From an uncultured virus (IMG/VR IMGVR_UViG_3300032038_000023) (lineage: Duplodnaviria; Heunggongvirae; Uroviricota; Caudoviricetes): a DNA stretch of 64,000 nucleotides. Positions 11,591-23,337 of the stretch are shown here, one piece after another. The stretch lies in IMG/VR virus record IMGVR_UViG_3300032038_000023; one strand, 5' to 3'. A program made the position numbers and the translations under genes. The notes beneath the pieces are model-generated. The model was not told the DNA's origin. It saw only the letters and a program-made list of their open reading frames with translations, and did no database searches. Every line of letters starts with the position of its first letter. Position 1 is the first letter of the stretch.

Positions 11591-12547
11591 ATGTATCTAT
11601 TTTTATTTTTTGGAATTTTACTTGCCGGCGTGGGAGTTTTTATGTACTTGCGCGGCCAAGCGTACACAAAGCAAACGATTTAGTAGATTGAGACTCGATA
11701 TAAAGAATAGATTGAAGAAGATATAGAGTAGAATCAAAAAGAATGTGATGAAGCAATACGTTAGCGACTTTACGAACAAGAACGCGCGCAGTAGGCTAAG
11801 TACGTCACAGAGTAGCTGCTCCAATCCGAACAAGAGCGAATGGCCGCAGAACTTAAACGTAGAAAAGAATTAGATGAAATAAAATACGAGCAAGAAAAAG
11901 AAAAGAAATAGAAAGAAATGGATCTCTATTTCTTTAATTTAAACTAGCAGGCTACGGAAGCTTTTGAAGAAAAAGCAAATCTTATATCTTCTGAGATTGA
12001 GTATTTAGAATCCAAATTAAATGACTTTAAAGCGAAGTAGGATGCTATTAATGAAGCGATCAGACGAGCAGAAGAACTTTAGAATGAGATGGATATGCAT
12101 CGTATTATCTTAACTGATAATAACAAGGAAGATATATCATATTTAGTCTCTATTGAATAGAACATTCATAATAAAGATTTGTTATATAAATTAATTTGGT
12201 CAGAATATATTTAGAAGCCATTTAATTAGATGACAAAAAATATCTTTGGAAATCGAAGTCCAAAGAATGTTATTTATTGCATTGAAAATATAACTACTCA
12301 TAAAAAATACATCGGGAAGACTTCAGCAGAAGTTACAAAAAGATGGACGGATCACTTGAAAAATTCACTTAATATTGGAGGGATAAAACGTTAGCCAATA
12401 CACGATGCCTTATTTGGGCATTGGGATGAATTTACTTTTAGTGTCGTTGAAGAAGTAAAGGATGATAAATTAAGTGAAAGAGAAAAATATTATATTAGTT
12501 TCTTTGAAACTGATAAATATGGTTATAATGTAAAAGGTGGAGGATAA
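11591..12547 (+). CDS. TM + coiled-coil + C-terminal GIY-YIG nuclease (code 15)
   Basis: MYLFLFFGILLAGVGVF; VIYCI...YIGKT...R...E...GYN; many in-frame TAG. Confidence 0.75.
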
Positions 12548-13521
12548 TGGGTAGTATTTATATTATTAAAAACAAAGCCAATGATAAAGTATATATAGGC
12601 CAGACAATTTAGGATTTAAATGTTCGTTTTTTAAATCATAAAATGGCTAGTAGAAATGAGGATACTAAATTTTATCGAGCCATTCGTAAATATGGTGAAG
12701 ATGTTTTTTATATAGAATTGTTAGAAGAAGTGCCAGATGAACTATTAGATGAACGTGAGTAGTATTGGATCAAAGAATATGATTCGTATTATCATGGATA
12801 TAATTCTACTCTTGGTGGCAATGGTGTGCCAAGAATAGATTATAATTTAATTAAAAATAAATGGGATGAAGGTAACTCTGTGGGTGAAATTTCTTCATTG
12901 TTAAAATTGTATCGAGATACAATTTCACGTGTATTAAAAACGAAATTTAATATATCCGAAGAAGATATTAAATTGCGTGGAAATAAAACTAAGAGAAAAT
13001 TACCAGAAGACTTTATATTATTACAATGGAACAATGGTTTGACACCACATTAGATTAGTAAAAACTATGGTGGTGATACTAACACAATTAAGCAAGTATT
13101 AAAAGAACATGGTTTTACTGAGCAGGATTTTAAGGCAAGAGCAGATGAACACCAACGGATTTTAACTGATGATTAGGTTATTAAGTTGTGGGCTTAGGGA
13201 CTAAGTATAAATTAGATAAATAAAATAGGTGGTAATCGTTCAACTATAAGAAAAATTTTAGCTGATAATGGCATTACTGATGAACAAATAGATCAGCGCA
13301 GAAGAGAAACATGTAATCAAAATGCTAAGCCCGTTGTACAATTAACGCAAGATGATTTATATATAGCTACTTATCCAAGTGCTTTTCAAGCCGGTAAAGC
13401 TTTAAACAAACCAAGTACATCAATTTCTGCTTGTTGTAATCATAAACCTAAATATAGAACTGCCTATGGATTTAAATGGCAGTTTTTAGAAGAGTATTTA
13501 AAGACAAGGAAAGAAGTATAA
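12547..13521 (+). CDS. GIY-YIG homing endonuclease with NUMOD1-like tail (code 15)
   Basis: GSIYII...VYIGQT...GYNSTLGG; KPVVQ...TAYGFKW. Confidence 0.85.
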
Positions 13522-13523
13522 GA

Positions 13524-14561
13524 ATGGAACTTAGTGAATTACAAGAACGAATCGTCACAGCACCAGACGATAAAATGGTGGTAATATCACGTGCCGCAAC
13601 TGGTAAGACTCGATGCCTAACCGAGCGTGTGCGTTACTGGCTTAAAAACGGCGTAGATCCATCTCAGATCTGTGCTATCACATTCACGAACCTTGCCGCA
13701 AATGAAATGCAAGTGCGGCTTGGCGACGACTATAAAGAAGGAATGTTCATTGGTACAATTCATTCACTGGCCGCGCGATTTCTCAGAATTGGTGGATATG
13801 GCGCGAAAGTCGGTGCAGCAATCAATGAAGACAAATTTGATCTTTTCTTTACTTACATCAAAAAAGATCCTTCATGTGTTCAGCACTTCTCATACGTACT
13901 CGTTGACGAAGCCCAAGATTTAGCCTATGATGAATATCACTTTATTTTCAATATGATTAACCCTGAACATTTCTTTGTTGTAGGTGATCCATTCCAGTGC
14001 ATCTACGAAGGTATGAAAAAAGCTTCCGCTAAGTATATGAACCAGCTTTTGGAAGATCCAACGGTTGGCAAATATGACTTAAACGAAAACTATAGAAATA
14101 AAGCAAACATATTAAAATATGCCCAAAAATCTCTCAAACCAATTAATCTTGTAGATAACTCTATCCCAATGTCAATCGGCGGCAAGATCTATGAATGTAA
14201 ATTTAATGGCTTTAGTCAAATCATTAACTGGATAAAAGCTGCTGATGACTATCGAGACTGGGCAATTCTTTGTTATACAAATAACGATGTTGACTACATA
14301 ATGGAACATCTTGAAGACAATGATATTCCAACTCTTAATTTTAACCAGCGTAAGAAAACTAAAGAAGAAATAGATAAACTCATGGCTCAAGATAAAGTAA
14401 AAGTCTTAACCGTATGGGGCGCAAAAGGGCTTGGATTTAAAAATGTAATTGTCTTTGGTCACAACTGGTTGGCAGGCCGCAAGAATATGAAAATTGAACG
14501 CTATCGAGTAGACTATGTGGCTTACACACGCGCGATGGACTCCTTAATGGTATGTAAATAA
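13524..14561 (+). CDS. UvrD/PcrA-like SF1 helicase (compact)
   Basis: AATGKT, ITFTN, VDEAQD, VGDPFQCIY, NYR, KGLGF, YVAYTRA. Confidence 0.9.
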   Translation: MELSELQERIVTAPDDKMVVISRAATGKTRCLTERVRYWLKNGVDPSQICAITFTNLAANEMQVRLGDDYKEGMFIGTIHSLAARFLRIGGYGAKVGAAINEDKFDLFFTYIKKDPSCVQHFSYVLVDEAQDLAYDEYHFIFNMINPEHFFVVGDPFQCIYEGMKKASAKYMNQLLEDPTVGKYDLNENYRNKANILKYAQKSLKPINLVDNSIPMSIGGKIYECKFNGFSQIINWIKAADDYRDWAILCYTNNDVDYIMEHLEDNDIPTLNFNQRKKTKEEIDKLMAQDKVKVLTVWGAKGLGFKNVIVFGHNWLAGRKNMKIERYRVDYVAYTRAMDSLMVCK

Positions 14562-14581
14562 AAAAGAGTAAGTAAAACTAC

Positions 14582-15580
14582 TTACTCTTTCTTTATAGAA
14601 TCTGCATCTACCCATCCATATACATTTGAAGTACTATCAGTATGGATAATATGATACGGATGCTTTGTATTCGCATTCTTACTTATAAGTGTAACTTTTG
14701 CTTTGCCTGCGGTAGCTGGTGTCCCTTCTTTGGCAGTCGCAGTTTTATACTGCGTGCCGCCTTGGAAGTTCACGATGTCTCCGCGTTTAAAACCGGTTGT
14801 AGGTGCGGGCGGCTCTTTTTCTGCTAAAGCTTTATTGATTGCCTTCCAAGTGTCCGGCCCGACTTCACCATCTACTGGCTATACATTATGTTCTTTCTGA
14901 AATTGCATAACGGCCTATTTTGTGCCGCTTCCGAAATCTCCATCCGCCCCATATGAGCCGCAACTATAGCCTAACTTAATAAGCTTTTCTTGAAGATTTC
15001 TTACATCCTCCCCTTCACAACCAACACGTAAAATACGTGTTAAATCGCCACTTGGCGATGGCATTGGATCATCGGGTACATCAATCGATCCTTCTGTAAC
15101 AAGGTTCCAACGCGGCCGGCCGTAACCAGCAATTTGGGAACTACCCAAACTATAGGTCCGCCGCGCAACTGAATCGCTGGTATTTCCTTCAATAGTTACT
15201 ACCTATGATCCACTAACTGATTCTACAATTCCAGTGTGGTTAATACCGCCACTTACATAAAAGAAAACCTAATCTCCGGCTTTAGGCGTTTTAGTAAAAG
15301 CGCCGGCGGCCTAATAATATGACGCGCTCGTGCTACAAGCCGCGCTTCCGCTACCCACGGTTTGGTAGGTCATCGCGGCGCCCTTACTAATACCAAACGC
15401 CTAGCAAAAACACCAATCAACAAAAACATCGCACCATGGCTGGTTCTAAAGTTCCCAGCCATAGAACTAGTTATCCCAGTTACCAGAAGCATATTTAATC
15501 CAGTTATTGCCTTGTTCGTGATAGCCAATCTCGGCTCGTGCAATATTCAATAACTTCTCTACTGCTTCATTAGTTGTCAT
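14582..15580 (-). CDS. Endolysin: CHAP + peptidoglycan-binding + SH3-like (code 15)
   Basis: QPWCDVFV, GD[TAG]VFF, HTGIV, TIEGN; GADGDFG; YGWVD. Confidence 0.88.
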
Positions 15581-15921
15581 TTCTATTCGTCTTCCTTGGT
15601 TTCTGGCGGGTTAACTTCTTTAGTCACATCGCAAATCTTGTCGATCATTTCACTCACAACGTTCCAATCAATTTCATAATTGAGCGTGTGCGCCATTGCA
15701 TGAAGTTCGGCAAGAACCCACTCTTTCTTATCTGCGCCTTTATCAAACATCTCTTCTGCTTTAGCCATGAGATTCATAACGAGAACCATAAGCTGGCTCC
15801 AGTTCTTCTCTTGAGTATTCTTTTTCACATACTCAATTAATTTAACGGCAAGTGGAATAAGAACTGCGATACCACTAAGAATAGAAATGATAGCTTGAAT
15901 CCAAAAACTAAACTGTTCCAT
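15577..15921 (-). CDS. Holin
   Basis: N-terminal TM, GADKKEWV; reading through TAG ends at a TGA overlapping the endolysin ATG (ATGA). Confidence 0.75.
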
Positions 15922-15922
15922 C

Positions 15923-16186
15923 TTAATCCTCCATCTGTTTCATTGCTTCTTTCATTTTTTCTTCGTCTTGTTGCTTCCATCGACGTTCTGTGTAGCGAGT
16001 CTTGGCTGTTTTAATCCAGCCCATAAAGCCACACTCACCGGTGACTGCAACATAGAAGCAAGTGCATAAAGTATCTGGTATGCCACCAGTTATTAAATAT
16101 AGATAAATCATAGTAATAGTAAAGACCAAGACAGTAAGCCCTAAAATTATTAAGATTTTATCCATAGTTTTTGTGTCTTTATCCAT
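15923..16186 (-). CDS. Two-TM lysis-cassette membrane protein
   Basis: Hydrophobic ORF directly upstream of the holin. Confidence 0.65.
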   Translation of the reverse strand: MDKDTKTMDKILIILGLTVLVFTITMIYLYLITGGIPDTLCTCFYVAVTGECGFMGWIKTAKTRYTERRWKQQDEEKMKEAMKQMED

Positions 16187-16313
16187 ATTATCTCACCTTC
16201 TACTATTAAGTAACTCTTACATAAATTGACTCTACGATTCAAAAGAAGATAGTAATAATAATAGAATTCTACTTATATATATCGGAAATTATAACTATAG
16301 GAGGTACATACCA

Positions 16314-16934
16314 ATGAGTACCGAATTTATTTTTGACATTCCGGCACAGTTAATCGACACACGATTACCAGATTCTGACGTGCTTAAGTATTATCAAGAT
16401 CTAGAACATCGTACTGTTTGGATCAATGATGAAGTAAATAGTTACGTTTTAAATGAGCTTGAGCACTATATTGTGAAATGGAATCGTGAAGATAAAGATA
16501 TTCCAGAAATCGACCGCAAACCAATTAAAATTCTGTTTGATAGCCCTGGCGGCGATTTAGATGCCCAGGCCGCGATTTGTAGTCTCATTGAACTCTCCAA
16601 GACTCCAATCGTAGGTATTGCTATTGGTTTGGTTGCGAGTGCCGCGTCATTAATTTATCTTAGTTGTCATGTGCGTCTTGCACTTAAATCAAGCTATTTT
16701 ATACTTCATAAAGGTAGTGCTAGTATTAGTGGTGACTTTGAAAACATCATGAACTCTATTGATGATTATAAAAAAGAAGTAGACAAAATGGTAAAAGTTG
16801 TAATTGACCATTCTAATTATACCCAAGAAGAAGTCGAAGAACACATTAAAAAGGACTGGTATGTTCGCGCACAAGAAGCTAAAGAGAAAGGATTGGTTGA
16901 CGAAATTATAACTGACATAAACGTTTTGTTTTAA
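16314..16934 (+). CDS. ClpP-like protease
   Basis: DSPGGD, ASAAS (catalytic Ser), ILH, EAKEKGLVDEI. Confidence 0.85.
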   Translation: MSTEFIFDIPAQLIDTRLPDSDVLKYYQDLEHRTVWINDEVNSYVLNELEHYIVKWNREDKDIPEIDRKPIKILFDSPGGDLDAQAAICSLIELSKTPIVGIAIGLVASAASLIYLSCHVRLALKSSYFILHKGSASISGDFENIMNSIDDYKKEVDKMVKVVIDHSNYTQEEVEEHIKKDWYVRAQEAKEKGLVDEIITDINVLF

Positions 16935-16946
16935 GGAGGTCTTTAT

Positions 16947-17771
16947 ATGTATACTGGATATAAAGAACTTAGCTATTCTGATAAAGGAATGGATAAATTC
17001 TATACAGATCCAGTTATAATTGCCGATCAGTTTATTGAGAATGAATACTTAGTTATTAAAGATGATAGTGGTGAAGTAGTAGATAGATATTGCTTTTAGG
17101 ATGGATAGTTTAGAAAAGTAATGTATCCAACTATTAATAACGCATATCAAAAAACCATCAAGCCGCGCAACAACGAACAAATTTTAGCTATGGATTTACT
17201 CCAAGATCGTCGCTCTAAAGTAAAGTTAATTCGTGGTGTGTATGGAAGTGGCAAGGATATGCTAATGCTTAATCAAGCATTAGAATATGTAGAGCATGGT
17301 TTGTTTCAAAAGATCGTGTTCGTGCGGCCGAACGTAACGGTCGCAAATGTACCAGACATAGGATACCTTAAAGGAAGTGCCGAAGAGAAACTTGAATGGA
17401 CTTTAGCTCCTTTATATGATAAAGTTGGGGGTCATGAAGGAGTTGAGATGTTGATTGATTCGAATCAACTCGAAATGGTGCCGCTGCTTCATATACGCGG
17501 CCGCAGTTTTGATAATAGTATCATATATGTCTGTGAAGCGCAAAATATCACTACTGAAATTGCTAAGTTAATTATTAGTCGTGTTGGTGAGAACTCAGAA
17601 ATATGGCTGAACTCTGATACTCACCAAGTAGATAATAAAGTCTATGAAAAAGATAACGGTATCATCAAAATGATTGATCGGCTCAGTGGAAACAAACTGT
17701 TCGGTTATGTTTTCCTACCAAAAACTGAACGTGGTGAAGTGGCTGAATTAGCTACTTTATTGGATGATTAA
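16947..17771 (+). CDS. phoH: PhoH-family ATPase (code 15)
   Basis: AAGGAGG RBS at ATG 16947, two TAGs before ORF 17121; GxxGSGK, RGRSF, EAQN, SRVG. Confidence 0.85.
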
Positions 17772-17772
17772 T

Positions 17773-17803
17773 TAATAGAGAAGCTTCGGCTTCTCTATTT
17801 TAT
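17773..17803 (+). terminator. Intrinsic terminator
   Basis: AATAGAGAAGC-TTCG-GCTTCTCTATT followed by a T tract. Confidence 0.8.
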
Positions 17804-18004
17804 TGCTTTAATTTGAATTATTTGGAATTTTGTGGTATACTATTAGTATAATAGTAAAGGAGACAAAGCCATGACAAATATTCAATACTTTAAGAATATG
17901 GATTTATATAGAGTGTGGCAATGGCATGAGCGCACTGGTACAGTTACAGTGACGTATATGACGCTTGAAGAAGTTTTGGTATTGCTTTCAACGAAGGAGA
18001 CACT

Positions 18005-18841
18005 ATGATTAAAAACTGGCTTGTAAGGGGAGATACACATGGAAATTTCCTCTGGATGGAACATAGCCTTGACAATTATATTCCCGAAGAGACGGCTATC
18101 ATTATTTTAGGAGATGCCGGGTTTGATTTTTGGCTTAATAAATCTGATCTAAAGAAAAAGAAAGATGTAAATAATAGGGGTTATCATATCTACTGGCTTC
18201 GTGGCAACCATGAAGCACGGCCGAGTGATGTAGAAGGATATGAAGTTGTGCATGATCAAAACGTACATGGCGCCGTATATTATGATCCACGTTTTCCAAA
18301 CTTAAGAGCCTTTGATAATTTTGGTCTCTATGGTATTGGTGGATATAATTGTTTGGTAATCGGCGGCGCATATAGCGTTGATAAGTATTGGCGGCTTAAG
18401 CGTGCTGGTATGACGGAAGAGACAAATGACCCTAAAAAGACCGGATGGTTTAGTAATGAACAGCTCACTAAAGAAGAAATGGATGAATGTGAGAAGTTAA
18501 TTACTTTATATAATCAAATGGATAAGAAGATTGATTTTGTATTTTCTCATACTTGTCCACTGAGTTGGCAACCAAAAGATCTATTTTTAAACCAAGTAGA
18601 CCAGTCTACAGTTGATAGTTCAATGGAGATCTGGATGGACGGACTTAAAGATAAGTTCGATTGGAATGTATGGTGTTTTGGCCACTACCATCAAGATCGT
18701 ATTGAGCGGCCGCACGTAGAAATGTATTATAATGATATAGAAGAACTCAATACCATCTATAATCGGTGGAAAGAATATGACAAGGGCGGCACTCTACTTT
18801 GGTATCTTGTTAAGTCTCCTAACTTTGACAAAGGCCGTTAA
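18005..18841 (+). CDS. Calcineurin-like metallophosphoesterase
   Basis: GDTHG, LGD, GNHE, SHT, GHYH. Confidence 0.85.
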   Translation: MIKNWLVRGDTHGNFLWMEHSLDNYIPEETAIIILGDAGFDFWLNKSDLKKKKDVNNRGYHIYWLRGNHEARPSDVEGYEVVHDQNVHGAVYYDPRFPNLRAFDNFGLYGIGGYNCLVIGGAYSVDKYWRLKRAGMTEETNDPKKTGWFSNEQLTKEEMDECEKLITLYNQMDKKIDFVFSHTCPLSWQPKDLFLNQVDQSTVDSSMEIWMDGLKDKFDWNVWCFGHYHQDRIERPHVEMYYNDIEELNTIYNRWKEYDKGGTLLWYLVKSPNFDKGR

Positions 18842-18904
18842 TAATTTGATTTTCTTTTAATTTTATAGTATAATAGTTATAGAAAATGTGAAGGAGATAA
18901 ATGA

Positions 18905-20209
18905 ATGAGAGATCCTAAACGTATCCCTAATATACTTCATGAGATTGGGCGCGTGTGGGAAGCGTTTCCTGATCTTCGACTTGGACAACTTTTGTTAAAT
19001 GTTGTTCCAGATCCTGCACTGTATTACATTGAAGATGAAGAACTTGTTCATCGACTTTTGGAAATGGGTTATAATACCGCAAAGGAGATTTTTAAAGACA
19101 ATGGCAAAGCGTGATAAGAATCGTTCTTATATGGATTGGGAGTATGAATGGGCAGAGAGTGCCCATGAAGAAGAAAGCCGCAAGATGCGTGAGAAAGAGC
19201 GGCGCGCACAGAAACTTCAGAATCATAAGTATGATAATAGTGAATGGGATGATGAAGATTAATGGCACGTAGGGTAGATAATCAAGCAATTATTGAGATA
19301 AATGAAGCGTACTTGGCGACCGGCACATATTCTGGTGCTGCGGCCGCCACGGGTTGGAGCGCATCAACGGTCAAGAAATATATCATTCCAGATTATAAAA
19401 GTGAGCAAAAAATTGAAGCGGTAGATATAGAACTTCCACCTTTAAGTGAAATAGCCAATAAGCTGCCGCCTTGGTATGATATAACTTGTTTGACGCCAGA
19501 AGAAGAACGTGAGATTAAACAACTCTGGAAGGAAATGATTGTTTAAATGAAAACCTATTTTAAATTTAAAGAGACCAGTAATAATGGATGGACACTTTGT
19601 CCAGAATGGGATATGTTTTGGATTGAAGGTCAACCTATTAATGGTAGCTTTAATTTAATTCCTTGTAGGGTATCTGGCTTAAGCTGGTCGCAATGGTTAA
19701 GATTTTGTCGCCAGCATGGAGCAACTCTTTATGGGAAAGGTCATACATATGTTGTTGCTGTATGGAAGGAACCCAATAAAGAATTTGAAAATATGATGAA
19801 CCAGCGCGCAAATGAATTGGCTAAGATTATCAATTTAAAGGAGTTACATCTATGAATAAAGAAGTATTTAAAAAGACTGGTGATGAACTCCAAGAGTTTC
19901 TGGCCTTTAGAAAGCGCGCCAGCCGTATCAAAAGTAAGAAAGGGAAAGGTAGCTATAATAGGTCAGAGTGGAGGAAGGAGAAATAGAATGGATCTGAAAC
20001 TTTGTCCGAAGTGCAATAAGTTACCTTCGGTAAGAATTAAACATAAGCATTTAATTTATGAGTGTGCGATCTCATGTAAAGAGATTGGTTGTAAGTTGTA
20101 TTGGCCTATAGTAGAGATTGGATTTACTGAGCAGAAGGCTATGGACAAGGCGGCCGCCGCATGGAACAAGGCCGTAGAATAGTATGATGAGTCAAGGAGT
20201 ATAAAATGA
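18905..20209 (+). CDS. Run of small hypothetical genes (18905, 19101, 19262, 19547, 19988)
   Basis: Abutting ORFs; the last reads through TAG to a TGA overlapping the next ATG (20206). Confidence 0.55.
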
Positions 20210-20664
20210 AGCTTATCTTCCTCGATGTTGATGGAGTATTAAATAACAATAAAACACGCACCGTCACATTCGATGGATGGTGTTTTGTAGACGACTATCT
20301 TGTTAAGCGTCTGAAACGTATAGTTGATGCCACGGGCGCGCGAATAGTTTTGAGTTCAACATGGCGTGACGGGTGGAATCGTGAAGATGAGTCTAAGAAC
20401 GAACCTTTCTTTAATCAACTCCGTGATAAGCTTAAAGAGTATGGAATGGAGATTTGGGATGCTCTTCCTTTACCTTTACGACCTCATCGTCATTATTCTA
20501 TATCTCTATGGTTTGAACAGCATAAAGATATAGATGTGGAGTCGTTTGTAATATTAGATGATTGGAATGATATGGGAATATATCGAGATCATTTACTTTG
20601 GATTAATAGTATAGATGGTCTAACTGATCAAGATGTAGAAGATGCTATAAAAATGTTGGAGTGA
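20206..20664 (+). CDS. HAD-family phosphatase (RNA-repair HAD-like)
   Basis: FLDVDGVLN, LSSTWR, VILDD. Confidence 0.8.
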   Translation: MKLIFLDVDGVLNNNKTRTVTFDGWCFVDDYLVKRLKRIVDATGARIVLSSTWRDGWNREDESKNEPFFNQLRDKLKEYGMEIWDALPLPLRPHRHYSISLWFEQHKDIDVESFVILDDWNDMGIYRDHLLWINSIDGLTDQDVEDAIKMLE

Positions 20665-20668
20665 TAAT

Positions 20669-20851
20669 ATGACTATTATTGTTGAAGGCGATTTGAATCG
20701 TCTGAATAAAGTTAAACGTTTTTCATGCCGTGAATGTGGGTGTGTTTTTGATGCTGATAAGACGGAGTATACTGCGGAGAGTCAGTATAATGATACTTAT
20801 TATAAATGTACTTGCCCGACTTGTGGTAATACAGTTTATATCCCACATTAA
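20669..20851 (+). CDS. Small zinc-ribbon protein
   Basis: CxxC...CxxC. Confidence 0.65.
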   Translation: MTIIVEGDLNRLNKVKRFSCRECGCVFDADKTEYTAESQYNDTYYKCTCPTCGNTVYIPH

Positions 20852-21099
20852 AATTTGATTTTCTTTGAAATTTATAGTATAATATATATGTAAGATAAAG
20901 AAAGGGGTTAAATAAAAATGTTTGATGATTTTGACACTCAGATTCAGTCTGATGAACTTGCTGGTTATGAAGAGTGGCCTACGCCGCCTGAAAAAATTAG
21001 CCCCGACGAATATGATGATTGGCTGTCATATGTATATGCCACTCATACTGGAGAATAATAGGCTTAACCTATTGCCATCGCGCTACGCCATTAGCGCTA

Positions 21100-21950
21100 C
21101 ATTACAAACAAAGTATTTATACAGTGGTCGGTTGGTTTTGAAGTCCTCCCGTAATTGTGATAGAGGGAACCCGCCATGGAAAAACACATCCGAAAGTGGC
21201 ACATATGGTTAATGTGCAAAAAATATAGTCAAGTATGGAAGCAATGACTTAAAATAAGACCCTATCCAATGGTGATGCCGCGCGACCATGCCAAACAGCG
21301 CCGCGCCGCCTTAAATGGCTTTTGCTGGCAGTTAGTCAGGATCTTTCCTAAGTGGTGCGTGATAAACTTAGGTAGTTATTATGATGCCATCTATTTCTTT
21401 GCCGAGAATAGTGAGGAAGCGGCAACTTCCAAAAAGTGGGCAACGACTTACAGAGAGCGCCGGACATCTCGCCCGTCGAGGAGAGAAGAATTGGGTAAAT
21501 GTCACTAATTCCCAATCACCAGAACATAAGGGCATATGGAATGGTAAATGTGATTGGACGCAATAGCAGAGCCTCCATGTGGCGCGTCTGGACGGAATTA
21601 GGGAACGCAAACCTAATAAACCGAGAACCAATCTGCGAGATAGTAAAGGTGTAATATAGCGTAAAAAGCCTATGTTATTACTCCTCAAGTAAGAGGATGG
21701 GTTTAGCTACCCAATACAACAGTACCGAGGATGTGCACAAAATTTCGGCTATAATAGAGACGGGAGCCGTGGAAGTAATAACAACTATCGACTTATTAAA
21801 AAATGCTTTTATTGGAGGTAAGGTCTATGATGAAACGCAAAGAAACTCCAAGCGAGGATACTCCAATTGGCTAATTGCGAGTCCTAAGGCATGACTCCCT
21901 AAACTGCCTTTTGATATACTGGGGTAGCGGGCAGTATAATCACTCCGCTT
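21100..21950 (+). ncRNA. Large structured ncRNA candidate (GOLLD-like by size and context)
   Basis: About 850 nt with no RBS-supported ORF, many hairpins, pseudoknot-like 3' end, directly before a tRNA; boundaries approximate. Confidence 0.55.
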
Positions 21951-21956
21951 ATATAT

Positions 21957-22033
21957 TGCGGTATGGAGAAGCTAGTCATCTCGTCAGTCTCATAAACTGA
22001 AGTTCGTCGGGGCAGAACCGACTACCGCTACCA
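21957..22033 (+). tRNA. tRNA-Met (CAT), possibly initiator
   Basis: TCAGT-CTCATAA-ACTGA arm, 1:72 mismatch, encoded CCA. Confidence 0.85.
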
Positions 22034-22175
22034 CTTTGTGATTGCCCTCCTTCTTTCAACTTTAGACTCACCACGGGGAACCATTCAACTGAAGAAGTAA
22101 GAATGAACTGAAACTTCGGGGGCGAGAATGGCTGTGAGAATAGACGCTACCCTTTTAAATTTAGGAGACTTTATT

Positions 22176-22556
22176 GTGAAAGTATTTAGCTTTGATAATT
22201 TTGATTCGAATATTGCTAAAATTATAGAGCAATATCATTCAATGGAAGAGTATGTTAAAGAAATGCGGCAGACTCTCGATGAATGGAATAAAGATAAAGA
22301 GATTCAAGAGTTGGAAAAGCGCATAAAATGGATTTATGGTCATTCGCTTGTGACTAATCTTAGTAATAAAGAAATAGCTGATATAAAAGAGTTTAAAGAG
22401 CAGCATTATAAGACGTGTTGCGGCAATGGGAAGTATAAGTCTAAAGGGAATAAATGGATTTATACAATTAGCAGCACTGGTATTGGGCATATGATTGAAA
22501 TTACTTGTCCAGAGTGCGGGCAGTCTGTTGATGTGACAGATATAGATAATTGGTAA
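22176..22556 (+). CDS. Hypothetical protein with Zn-ribbon-like C-terminus
   Basis: AGGAG RBS before GTG; CPECG. Confidence 0.6.
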   Translation: MKVFSFDNFDSNIAKIIEQYHSMEEYVKEMRQTLDEWNKDKEIQELEKRIKWIYGHSLVTNLSNKEIADIKEFKEQHYKTCCGNGKYKSKGNKWIYTISSTGIGHMIEITCPECGQSVDVTDIDNW

Positions 22557-22801
22557 TTATTACGGCTGGGGAGGGAGCGTGCATGCCCTCGCTGGGAAAA
22601 AGCTTCATGAAGTAAAATAACCAGAATCGCTATGAGGAGTAATAGCCACCGTGTAATTAATATATGACCGCAGAGAAAGGATGGATTCCCACTAACCTAC
22701 TACTGGCAGTCCAAGACTGATAGGTAGCTTGTCATTTAGGTGCGCGGTATAGAAATGGCTAACAACGAAAGTAAGTGGATTCTATTTTAATGGTGAATAA
22801 T

Positions 22802-22996
22802 ATGACAAGTATTGACGAAAATGAACTGAGAGAAGTAACTGGCGGGACTAAGATTCCATATATTGTTAAACGTGGAGATACTCTTAGTAAACTTGCCGAA
22901 AAATTTCATTGTACTGTAGAACAAGCATGCAAATGGAATAAGATCGAAGATCCTAATAAGATCGACGAAGGACAAAAACTCATTTTTCTGTTTTAA
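22802..22996 (+). CDS. LysM mini-protein with double-glycine leader
   Basis: MTSIDENELREVTGG then YIVKRGDTLSKLA...N.I..G.KL. Confidence 0.8.
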   Translation: MTSIDENELREVTGGTKIPYIVKRGDTLSKLAEKFHCTVEQACKWNKIEDPNKIDEGQKLIFLF

Positions 22997-23001
22997 AATT
23001 T

Positions 23002-23072
23002 AAGGCACACGCAGCAAATATTTACAAGATATAACTGATAACTGCTAATTGTCATACTTATAATTGTGCCTT
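23002..23072 (+). ncRNA. ACAGCAA-bulge stem element E1 (Ser-GCT anticodon hairpin)
   Basis: AAGGCACA/TGTGCCTT stem, GCAGCAA, internal TGATAA-CTGCTAA-TTGTCA. Confidence 0.65.
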
Positions 23073-23337
23073 GCCTTTAGAAAGATAGACTGCTATGACT
23101 TTCTATCTTTGCGTTGAAGTAGCCTACCGGGTTAGCTTCGGTAGCCTGCGGAGCATGTCCAAGGTTTAGTAGTACCCATAGGCTAACTAGAGAAATCGAA
23201 AGAAAACTACTTGCGGGGTCGGCGCTAAAATGATCCCACCACCAGATTCGTAGTAACTGTGCCCGTGGCCAGGGCCGCGCTGAAAGATTTGGGAACTCTA
23301 GTAGGAATCCTACTACGAGTACGGGTTGTGCCGTACT

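Noticed and set aside
20922..21894. Overlapping short ORFs in the track
   Set aside because: They lack an RBS and have no protein-like features; a structured RNA explains the region better (the real short ORF is probably 20918..21058).
22082..22131. Hammerhead-like CTGAAGA...GAAAC after tRNA-Met
   Set aside because: No UH cleavage triplet or proper stem III could be formed.
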